The position numbers were made by a program, and so were the translations under genes. A stretch of DNA of 64,000 bases from Gemmatimonadota bacterium (GTDB lineage Bacteria; Latescibacterota; UBA2968; UBA8231): NCBI GenBank assembly GCA_038153405.1, contig JAYOYH010000007.1:63234-127233 (forward strand). The letters run 5' to 3'. Positions 26,207 to 35,000 of this stretch are shown piece after piece. A model generated the notes under the pieces. The model saw nothing but the letters and a program-made list of their open reading frames with translations. It was not told the origin of the DNA and did no database searches. Each line of letters starts with the position of its first letter. The first letter of the stretch is position 1.

Positions 26207-27847
26207 ATGTCGTCTTTGTCGCTCGCCCTATGTGGGCTGCTGATGGCCTGTGGCGGCGAGAAGCCGGCGCCCACACTGCTGGCACGAGTAGGCGATAAGT
26301 CCATCCATATCGACGATCTCATTGCTTTTGAGCGCGCCATTGAAAGCGGAGATTCGCTGAGCGCAGAGGCGCATCGCCAGCACCTTAATACGCTCGTCGA
26401 TCGCGAAGTGCTGATCTTGGAAGCGCGAGCCCAAGGCTTGGAGACCGATGCCTATTTTCAGCAGGTACTGGCTGGTGATATTGAAACTAAACTAGCCGAA
26501 ATGATGTTTAATCAGGAGGTGGCCGAGCGCTCTGAACCGACGCCGGAAGAAATTGAGGCGGCCTATGCCACCGGTGATTGGAAGCAGCAGGTCGTAAGCG
26601 TTGAGCTGTTCTTGCCCGACGAGGAAACGGCGCTTAGGGTGCGCGCGGAAATTCTCAATGGAATGGACATCTTCGAGGCCGGTCGACTCTATTCGGTTGA
26701 CCGCCTAATGCACATTCCGATGGGCGGTGCTCAGCAGTTTGTCTATTCCAAACAGGATGGACCGGCCGAAGTCGTTCAGCGCGTTTTTCAGATTCCCGCC
26801 GGTAGTATTTCATCGCCTATACCGCTATTTAATGGCTTTGTCCTAGCCTACGTCGCCGAGTACCGCGACGTCCAGCGTGCGGAGGTCGCCGACGAATTGG
26901 CCCGCTATGTTCGCAAGGAAAAGCGTCGCTTGCTGCGGGGGGCCTATTTGCAGCATTTGAACAAAGCGCTCAATCTGCAGTTTTCATCGACCGGTTTAGA
27001 GCGCGCTGTTGCCCATTTGTCGCAGCTGAAAGCGGACGATTCGACGCCGCTGCCGGCCGACTCCAATGCGGTGGTCTATTCGTACGGTGACGCGTCTGCC
27101 GACCTGGGGACCGTTGTGGGATTGATGCAGGGTCCGGCGCGGCGCTGGCCCGAAATAAATTCGGAAAATATCGTCGCCGAAATAAAGAATACCGTATTGC
27201 CGAATCTGCTAATGGCCGCCAATGCGCGCGAACGCGATATCGATTCCTCGCCCGAGTTCCTCGCCTGGAAGAGCTGGCGCAGCGAGGATTTGCTCCTTTC
27301 GCTGCTGCGCAAAACCGTTTGCTCCGGCATCGAGGTGTCAGAAGATGAGGTGGTCTCGCACTATCGGAAAGTGAGGCGGCGCTTTCGCATTCCCGGCTAT
27401 GCCCGAGTGCGCGATGTGCTGGTGGCAACGCGGGAGGAAGCTGTTGCGCTCAAAGAGGCCGTTGAAAATGGAGCCGACTTTGCCCAGATCATTGAGGAGC
27501 ATTCCCTGCGCAAGGGCAGCAAAAAAGGCGTGTTTCGCGTCTTTGCCCTACAGGCCAATAAATATGGCAGCGGGTGGATGAACTACGCGTTTAACGTCCC
27601 TATCGGACAGCTTGAGGGGCCCGTGCAGGCCGAAGGGGGATTTTCCCTATTGGAAGTAGTCGAACGGGTCGATGATGCCTATTATTCCCTCGACGAGTCT
27701 AGGGTGCGCTCGGCGGTCACGCGCGATATGCAAAAAATAAAAGAACGCAGCGCGTTTAATGAATTTGTAAGGGACGTGCGCGCAAGGCGCGCTGAGCAAA
27801 TTACCCTATACCAAGATCATCTGGCAGCTGTTTGGGAGCGCCCGTAG
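26207..27847 (+). CDS. SurA/PrsA-like lipoprotein with two parvulin (rotamase)-like domains
   Basis: Lipobox LMAC; LARVG...LNTLVDREVLILEARAQGL (SurA/PrsA N-domain); GSISSPI and GADFAQIIEEHS...GQLEGPVQAEGGFSLLEV (parvulin-like). Confidence 0.8.
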   Translation: MSSLSLALCGLLMACGGEKPAPTLLARVGDKSIHIDDLIAFERAIESGDSLSAEAHRQHLNTLVDREVLILEARAQGLETDAYFQQVLAGDIETKLAEMMFNQEVAERSEPTPEEIEAAYATGDWKQQVVSVELFLPDEETALRVRAEILNGMDIFEAGRLYSVDRLMHIPMGGAQQFVYSKQDGPAEVVQRVFQIPAGSISSPIPLFNGFVLAYVAEYRDVQRAEVADELARYVRKEKRRLLRGAYLQHLNKALNLQFSSTGLERAVAHLSQLKADDSTPLPADSNAVVYSYGDASADLGTVVGLMQGPARRWPEINSENIVAEIKNTVLPNLLMAANARERDIDSSPEFLAWKSWRSEDLLLSLLRKTVCSGIEVSEDEVVSHYRKVRRRFRIPGYARVRDVLVATREEAVALKEAVENGADFAQIIEEHSLRKGSKKGVFRVFALQANKYGSGWMNYAFNVPIGQLEGPVQAEGGFSLLEVVERVDDAYYSLDESRVRSAVTRDMQKIKERSAFNEFVRDVRARRAEQITLYQDHLAAVWERP

Positions 27848-27854
27848 CGCGGGT

Positions 27855-27884
27855 CTCGACGGGGGAGTATTTTCCCACGTCGAG
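27855..27884 (+). repeat. Intergenic hairpin between the envelope module and the inner-membrane module
   Basis: CTCGACG-G-GGGAG-TATT-TTCCC-A-CGTCGAG. Confidence 0.55.
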
Positions 27885-27966
27885 CGGTCTCCATTAGAGT
27901 GAGCATGCCGGGCGGCTCAACGCTACCGGAGTTGAGTGGGTTCATAGGCTTCTCCTATCAAGGGAA

Positions 27967-29967
27967 ATGGATCTGAACGTGGCCGATGCAAGAGGGCAGG
28001 AGCGCTTCGAAATAATGCCCGAAGACGCGCCGTTTGAGCCAGGGTTTAATATCAAGACGCTCTGGGCGGCGCTCTTTGTCGGATTCGTTATGTTGCCGGG
28101 GGCTATTTACCTCGGATTGGTGACCGGGCAGAGTATGGCCGGCGGCGCCGAGTGGGTGACGCTCATTCTCTTTATCGAGATTGCCAAGCGCACCTTTGTC
28201 CGCCTGCGCACACAAGAGATTATTATTCTCTACTGGGTGGCCGGTGGCTTGGTGCTGATGGGGGGGAAGCTAGGCACGGGGGCCGACCTGTTTGGCGGTC
28301 CGTTTGGCGTGCTCATTTGGGATCAGTATTTAATTCAATCCCCCCAGGCCAATGGCTTGGCCGAGCACATTCCGGATTGGGTCGTGCCGCCGCGCGGATC
28401 GGAAGCGCTGCTCGAGCGCAGCTTTCTGCACGCGGCCTGGATCAAGCCGATTTTCATATTGCTCGTAGCGGTGGTACTACAGCGGATCAATGCCCTCTCG
28501 CTAGGCTATGCGCTCTTTCGCATAACCCACGATATAGAGCGCTTGCCCTATCCCATGGCCTATGTGCAGGCTGGGGGAGCTACCGCTCTTGCAGAAACCT
28601 CATCGCAAAAAGAAGGTTGGCGCTGGCACGTATTCAGCACGGGTACTTTTATCGGGGCGGTCTGGGGTCTGTTGTATGTCGTGGTGCCAACGCTGTCTTC
28701 TGTATTTCTCACGGAGACGGTTTCCGTTCTGCCCATTCCCTTTATTGATTTCACGGTGCCCATGAAGTCGGTGCTGCCGGCTGCAGTAATCGGTTTGGCT
28801 ACCGATCTCATTCACGTGCTCATTGGATTGGTGCTGCCCTTTTGGGTTGTCGTGGGCGTATTTTCATCGTCTATTCTAGCCAATCTGGTGGCCAACCCGC
28901 TGCTCTATGCCAGTGGGGTATTGCACACCTGGGAACCGGGTATGTCGGCTATTCCGACGATGATCGCCAATTCGTTCGACTTTTGGCTGAGCTTCTCCAT
29001 TGGGGGGGCTATCGTCGTGGCATTGGTCGGTTTTACCACGGCATTTATTTCGCTGCGCGCGGCACAGCGCTCCGTGGCGCAGCCATCTGATCGAGGCGGT
29101 CCCAGCCCCGAGCGCGGCGATATACGCATCGTCTATGCATTGGGTATCTGGGCGTTGAGCACGCTGGCCTTTGTTGGGATGGTTTACTATCTGGTGCCCC
29201 AATTCCCCTGGTGGATAACTGCCTTTTTTGGCTTTGTGTGGACCCCTATTTACTCCTATATCGGCGCGCGCATGGTCGGTTTAACTGGCAGCCCACAGGG
29301 GGTGACTTTTCCCTACCTGCGCGAGGCGAGCTTCTATCTTTCGGGTTATCAGGGCGCGGGGATTTGGTTTGCTCCCGTACCGATCTTCCAGTGGGGGTAT
29401 GAGGCGCAGACCTTTAAGCAACTCGAGTTAACGCGCACTCGCTTCGGTTCGCTAATAAAAATGACGGCCCTGACCCTCTTGGTCATGTTCGTCTGCTCGT
29501 TTTTGTTTTGGTCGCTCATTTGGAAATTGGGACCGATTCCCTCGTCGGCCTATCCCTATGTGCAAAAGCTCTGGCCCTTTCACGCGACGATGCAGGCTTT
29601 TTGGGTCAAATCGACGCTGCCAGGTGCCAGTTCGAACCTGCTGACGCAGATCATTCGCTGGGACTATATCGGCATCGGGTTGCTCTTCAGCAGCGTGCTC
29701 TACGCCGCCCTCCACGTGCTGCACGCGCCGATGGCTATTTTCTACGGTTTTGTCGCTGGGCTCGGACAGTGGCCGCACTTTGTGATCTTAAATTTTATTG
29801 GAGCCATGCTCGGGCGCTTTTACCTGCAAAAGCGCTTTGGCGAGGAACGCTGGCGGGCCTATGCGCCGATTTTGCTGGCCGGCTATTCCTGTGGGGTGGG
29901 ACTCATTGGCATGAGTTCGATTGCCATTGCCCTGATTTCCAAAGCCGTTTCACAGGTCGTCTTTTAG
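27967..29967 (+). CDS. OPT-superfamily-like polytopic membrane protein (putative peptide/solute transporter)
   Basis: 666 aa with many TM helices; IPDWVVP and DIERLPYPMA motifs resemble the OPT 'ExLxFP' loop. Confidence 0.65.
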   Translation: MDLNVADARGQERFEIMPEDAPFEPGFNIKTLWAALFVGFVMLPGAIYLGLVTGQSMAGGAEWVTLILFIEIAKRTFVRLRTQEIIILYWVAGGLVLMGGKLGTGADLFGGPFGVLIWDQYLIQSPQANGLAEHIPDWVVPPRGSEALLERSFLHAAWIKPIFILLVAVVLQRINALSLGYALFRITHDIERLPYPMAYVQAGGATALAETSSQKEGWRWHVFSTGTFIGAVWGLLYVVVPTLSSVFLTETVSVLPIPFIDFTVPMKSVLPAAVIGLATDLIHVLIGLVLPFWVVVGVFSSSILANLVANPLLYASGVLHTWEPGMSAIPTMIANSFDFWLSFSIGGAIVVALVGFTTAFISLRAAQRSVAQPSDRGGPSPERGDIRIVYALGIWALSTLAFVGMVYYLVPQFPWWITAFFGFVWTPIYSYIGARMVGLTGSPQGVTFPYLREASFYLSGYQGAGIWFAPVPIFQWGYEAQTFKQLELTRTRFGSLIKMTALTLLVMFVCSFLFWSLIWKLGPIPSSAYPYVQKLWPFHATMQAFWVKSTLPGASSNLLTQIIRWDYIGIGLLFSSVLYAALHVLHAPMAIFYGFVAGLGQWPHFVILNFIGAMLGRFYLQKRFGEERWRAYAPILLAGYSCGVGLIGMSSIAIALISKAVSQVVF

Positions 29968-30090
29968 CCCGATTATAGATCGTTATTTATTCGCTGTTTC
30001 CACGGCAATACGCCGCTCCACCGATCCCCTTGAGATGCGTTAATGGATGTGAAATGCGAGCCATGCTGCGCACCATTTTGACGAACCGCC

Positions 30091-31995
30091 ATGACCTATA
30101 GATCGTTCATATTGGGCACCTTGGTGGTGCTGGCTGTGGTCTGCGGGGCGCCCTATGCCATCTGGATGGTGCGCTCGTCGGAAATCACGTGGTCCTATTT
30201 TCCCACCAGCGTTGGCTTTTGCTTTGTCGTCCTCTTTTTGCTCAATGCACTCATACAGAAGGTGAGCGGTCGGTCTTTTCTACAGCCAAGTGAGTGGGCG
30301 ATTGTCGTGATTATGGGTTTGGCGGCCACGGGTATACCGACCTTTATCGTCGGCACGCTATTGGCCATTATTTCCAGTCCATACTACGGGGCAACGCCCG
30401 AAAATGACTGGGAGGGCAATATTCACGCTTTCCTCCCCGACTGGCTGGTGCCTAGCCCCGAAGGCGGAGCCATGCGCCATTTCTACGAGGGGCTGCCCGC
30501 CGGCCAGGAGGTGCCCTTTGACGTCTGGATGGGGCCGCTGTTCTGGTGGCTGAGTCTTATTTTTTCCATCTACTTTATCTGCTTTTGCATGGTCGTGCTG
30601 TTTCGAAGGCAGTGGGTTGAAAACGAGCGCTTGGTCTTTCCGCTGATGGAAATGCCGCGCCTATTGGTCGACGAAGATGGTCGTCATCTGCTGCGTTCTA
30701 AGCTATTCTGGGCCGGGTGTGCTGTGCCCCTGTCTATGATGCTGTTTAACGTGGTGGGTTATTTCTACATTGGGTTTCCGCAAATAAACTTTCACCACCC
30801 CGTTACGATCGAGTTGAGTCGCGATTTTCCCGCACTCTCGCTCATGCTCTACTTTCCCGTCATCGGTTTTATGTATTTGGTGAGCACCTCCGTTTCGCTC
30901 AGCATCGTCGTCTTTTACCTAATCGCTGTTCTGCAGGAGGGGATTACCAATCGCATTGGCTACGACGTGACGCGCCCCGATGCCTGTGTCTGGGGCATGC
31001 AGTCGCTTTCCTGGCAGGCGTGGGGCGGATTTACGGCGATGGTGCTGATCAGTTTGTGGATGGCTCGGCGACATCTGGGCGCTGTCGCTGGCCAGGTCTT
31101 TGCCGGGCAAAGGACCGTGGACGATAGCGAGGAGATGATTTCCTACCGCACAGCGGTTTACGGTTTCCTCTTGGGGTTGCTCTACGTGGTGGGCTGGCTG
31201 TGGAAATCCGGTATGGATCTGCACGTCGCCCTGCTCTTTATCGGCGCCGTATTGATCGCCTATTACGGCGTTACCCGCCTGGTTATCCAGGCCGGCATTT
31301 ACTTTCTGACCCCCCCAGTGGGTGCCCAAGCATTTGCCCTAGCCATAACCGGCACGAGCATTGGCGGTCACAACTTGGTTGCTCTGGGGCTCTCCTACGC
31401 CTGGTTTGGCGACGTGCAGTCGCTCTTTATGCCGGCGGCTGCGCACGGGGCGCGCCTAGCCGAAATTTATCGCGTGCGTCGCGGTATGGCTTGGGCGCTG
31501 GGGGCGGCCGTGCTGATCGGTTTTGTCGCCAATATCTACTTTGTCCTGACGCTGTGCTACAAGTTTGGCGCGGGCAATTTTGGCTCCTGGTACTTTGTTG
31601 CCGGGGGCGGAGCAGGAGGCATGGCTTTTAACGGAGTCATTCGCCATTTTAACGATCCCTGGCCGATGGATGTAAACAAGCTTAGCTACTTTGCCATTGG
31701 AGCATGTGCCTACGCGCTGCTGGCATTTTGTCAATATCGCTTTTACTGGTGGCCACTGTCGCCCGTAGGGATTGCCGTCGCACCACTGTGGATGACGCGT
31801 CTGATCGTGTTTTCGGTCTTTTTGGCTTGGGTGAGCAAGAGTGCCATTATGCGCTATGGGGGGATTAGCGCCTACCGCACGGCGCGGCCATTTTTCATGG
31901 GGCTGATCGCGGGTTATTTTCTCGGCGTCGGCATTTCCTACTGCATAGATGCCATTTGGTTTATGGGGGACGGACACGTTTATTTTCACGGCTAG
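30091..31995 (+). CDS. DUF6785/DUF6784-like polytopic membrane protein, copy 1
   Basis: LPDWLVP, FYEGLP, RRQWVENERLVFPL, EMISYR, WWPLSPVG, RYGG..AYR.ARPFFMGLIAG. Family name is recalled, not searched. Confidence 0.7.
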   Translation: MTYRSFILGTLVVLAVVCGAPYAIWMVRSSEITWSYFPTSVGFCFVVLFLLNALIQKVSGRSFLQPSEWAIVVIMGLAATGIPTFIVGTLLAIISSPYYGATPENDWEGNIHAFLPDWLVPSPEGGAMRHFYEGLPAGQEVPFDVWMGPLFWWLSLIFSIYFICFCMVVLFRRQWVENERLVFPLMEMPRLLVDEDGRHLLRSKLFWAGCAVPLSMMLFNVVGYFYIGFPQINFHHPVTIELSRDFPALSLMLYFPVIGFMYLVSTSVSLSIVVFYLIAVLQEGITNRIGYDVTRPDACVWGMQSLSWQAWGGFTAMVLISLWMARRHLGAVAGQVFAGQRTVDDSEEMISYRTAVYGFLLGLLYVVGWLWKSGMDLHVALLFIGAVLIAYYGVTRLVIQAGIYFLTPPVGAQAFALAITGTSIGGHNLVALGLSYAWFGDVQSLFMPAAAHGARLAEIYRVRRGMAWALGAAVLIGFVANIYFVLTLCYKFGAGNFGSWYFVAGGGAGGMAFNGVIRHFNDPWPMDVNKLSYFAIGACAYALLAFCQYRFYWWPLSPVGIAVAPLWMTRLIVFSVFLAWVSKSAIMRYGGISAYRTARPFFMGLIAGYFLGVGISYCIDAIWFMGDGHVYFHG

Positions 31996-32052
31996 TGCGC
32001 CGTAGCTGTTGGGGCTATGGTCCCGAATGGGAAGGTTTCGAGGGAGTTGGCT

Positions 32053-35000
32053 ATGAAGAAATTGCTCAGTGGAGCGGTCCTGGTCTTTGCGCTGGGAATG
32101 GTGCTGGCGCTGGCCGTTGGCGATCCGCAGCGGATCAATACGCGAGTAAATGCCTTTTTCGGCTGGGAGCCAACGCCTCCACGGGCCGAGCGCCTAGTGG
32201 GCGAAGAGGAGGCTGGGGCCCTGCGCGCGCTGGTATCGGGCATTCGCCGTCAGGATGTGGCTGCCGAGATTGAGCATTTTGCCGCTATGGGATCCCGCGT
32301 TACGGGCTATCCGGGTGAGCGCCGTGCCTATGAGTATATTCGCGACCGTTTTGCCGAATTGGGGTTAGATGATGTCCGCAGCGAGGCCTTTTCAGTCACA
32401 GTGCCCATTGACAAGGGAGGGCAATTGCACCTTCCCAACGGTCAGGTAAAAGAGCTCTACAGCCTGTGGCCCAACGGCGTGCGCACGCCTTCGCTGCCGG
32501 CTGGCGGCATACGAGGGCCGCTGGTATATGGCGGCAAGGGAACGCTGGAAGAGGTGGACGGTAAGGTGCTAGACGGCGCGATCGTCTTACTCGATTTCGA
32601 CGGTGGGCAAAACTACTTGAACCTGGCCACGCTGGGAGTTCGAGCGGTCGTCTTCTTCGACAACGGCGGCGTCAATCGCGAGCAGGCCGCCGACAAATTT
32701 CTCAAGGTCTCGGTCGACGTCCCGCGGTTTTGGATCGAGCGCCAAGATGCATTGGCGTTGGTAGACGAGCTGCAGCGCAATTCGGTGCAGGTTCGGGTCG
32801 AGGCGCAAATGGATTGGGAGGCGGTGGAGGCCCGCAATATCTACGGTTGGCTACCCGGCTCCGAGGCCATGATGCCGCCCAAAAGTCGCGAAGGCGATCA
32901 GGCGTGGAGGGAACAGGTCATCGTCGTGCAGGCCTATTACGATGCGATGTCGGTGGTCCCTGCTAGGGCGCCTGGGGCGGAAAATGCCGCCGGCATTGTC
33001 GCCCTGCTCAAACTGGCCGAAACGCTTAGGGAACAGCGACCGCAATACTCGGTGTTATTCTTGGCGACATCGGGGCATTTTCAGGGGCTGGAAGGCATCA
33101 ACGACTTCCTCTATCGGCACAGTCGCGGCAGCGAGTATTTTCGCGAGCGCATGGCCGATGCCGAGCGCATAGACTTCGACCTAATGCTCTCGCTCGACCT
33201 ATCGAGCCACGGCCAGCGCAGTGCTTCCTTTGGCATGGGGACCTTCTACAACCCCGAGTGGCAGACCGACAACTACGTCAAATACATGCTCACCCCTTAT
33301 TCCAAGCGCTTAAGTCAGGCCATCGAAGAGATTTTTGCCGATTCCACGCGCCACTACGAGGGGATCGCGCCCCCCAAGCGCACGTGGAAAAATTTCATGC
33401 CTATTCCGCTGGCCTTTGCCAGCGAGGCGGCCGCCTTTGTCGGGCAAAAGGCCCTGGCGCTGGCCACGGCCAACGATGCGCGCAGAGCGGTCGACACGCC
33501 CCTCGACGTGCCCGAAGCAATGAATCTGGACAATCTCACCCGGCAGATCCGCACGCTGGCCGCTATGCTGGCATGGGCCGGGCGCGATGCCGAATTGCTC
33601 AAGCCGGGCAAGTTGGAACTGGAAGACTATGGGCACAGCCTAGCCGGGTCCATTTACTGGTTTGATCGGGACGTAAACTTTGCCGTGCCCAAATCGCCGG
33701 TGGCCGGTGCACTGGTGACCTACCAGCAGCAGGGGCCCAATTCGGTGGCCGGCGTGCGCACGCTCATGGTGCGCAAGGCCGACGACGAAGGGCGATTTCG
33801 CTTTGATATCATGCGCAATCGCTACGAAAATACCATCAAGGCCTACGAAATTGATGCGCGCGGTCAGATCGTTTCTGCGCCCGATATGGGGCAGGAAGGG
33901 GACGAGACCTATCCTATGGCTCACCCCTGGGGTTGGTGGGAAAATGAAATGCTGCAGGTCCTCTTTAAATGCCGCGCGCTGAGTCTGTTTGAAACGGTCG
34001 ACTCGCGCTACCTATCGGTGCTCGATCACGTAACGGTACTCGACGATCGCGACGGTGTGCCGCAGTCGTGGGGGGCCGACTACGTCGAGCGCCAGAGCAA
34101 CGAAGAGGGTAAGGTCACGCTGGCTTCCGTCGTCTACGCTCAGCCGGGCACGCGGGTCAAGGTGCTGATGAGCACCAGTCTGTTTGGCGTGCGCTACTTG
34201 CTCAGCGGTGCCCCCGATGCGCTCCTAGAAAACCCCGTTCAGCCGGAAGAAGTCGACGAGGGAGTGCTAAAGCGCGCGTTGGGCAATGGCTATCCCATCG
34301 ACGCCGGCACCGTGCTGCGGCCGAGTTATGCAGCGGCGCGCGATATGTGGACGCTCGACGACGCGCGCATCAAGCAGTTGGCCCGCTACGGGGTGCGCAA
34401 CGACAAGTTTATGCGTCTGCACGAGGAGGCGCGCGCCGCGCTGATGGCGGCGCGCGAGCACCTCGATGCACTTCGCTACAGCCAGTACAAGGCCAGCACG
34501 CGGGAAGCGTGGGGCTTAGAGGGGCGAGGGTATCCAGATATCAAAGCAACGGCCGATGATACCGTATACGGCGTGATTTTTTACTTTGCTCTGCTGCTGC
34601 CTTTCTCCTTTTGCTGCGAGCGGCTCTTTTTCGGCTTTGCCGACGTGCGCAGGCAGATGCTGGGCGCGGCGCTATTCTTTCTCGGCATCTTCCTCCTCAT
34701 GCGCTTTATCCACCCGGCGTTTAAGTTGTCGTCATCGCCCTATATCATTTTCTTGGCCTTTGTAATTTTTGCCATTGGCGGCACGGCGCTCATGATGATT
34801 CTCGGCCGCTTTACGCGCGAGGTCAGCCAGCGCAAGCGCGCATCGGCCGGCGTACACGAGACCGATATCGGCCGCATTAGCGCAACGGCAGCGGCGGTTG
34901 CACTGGGCATTTCGAACCTGCGCAAGCGCAAAGTCCGCACCCTACTAACCGTTGTCACATTAACATTGCTAACATTTACGGCACAAGCATTTACGTCTGT

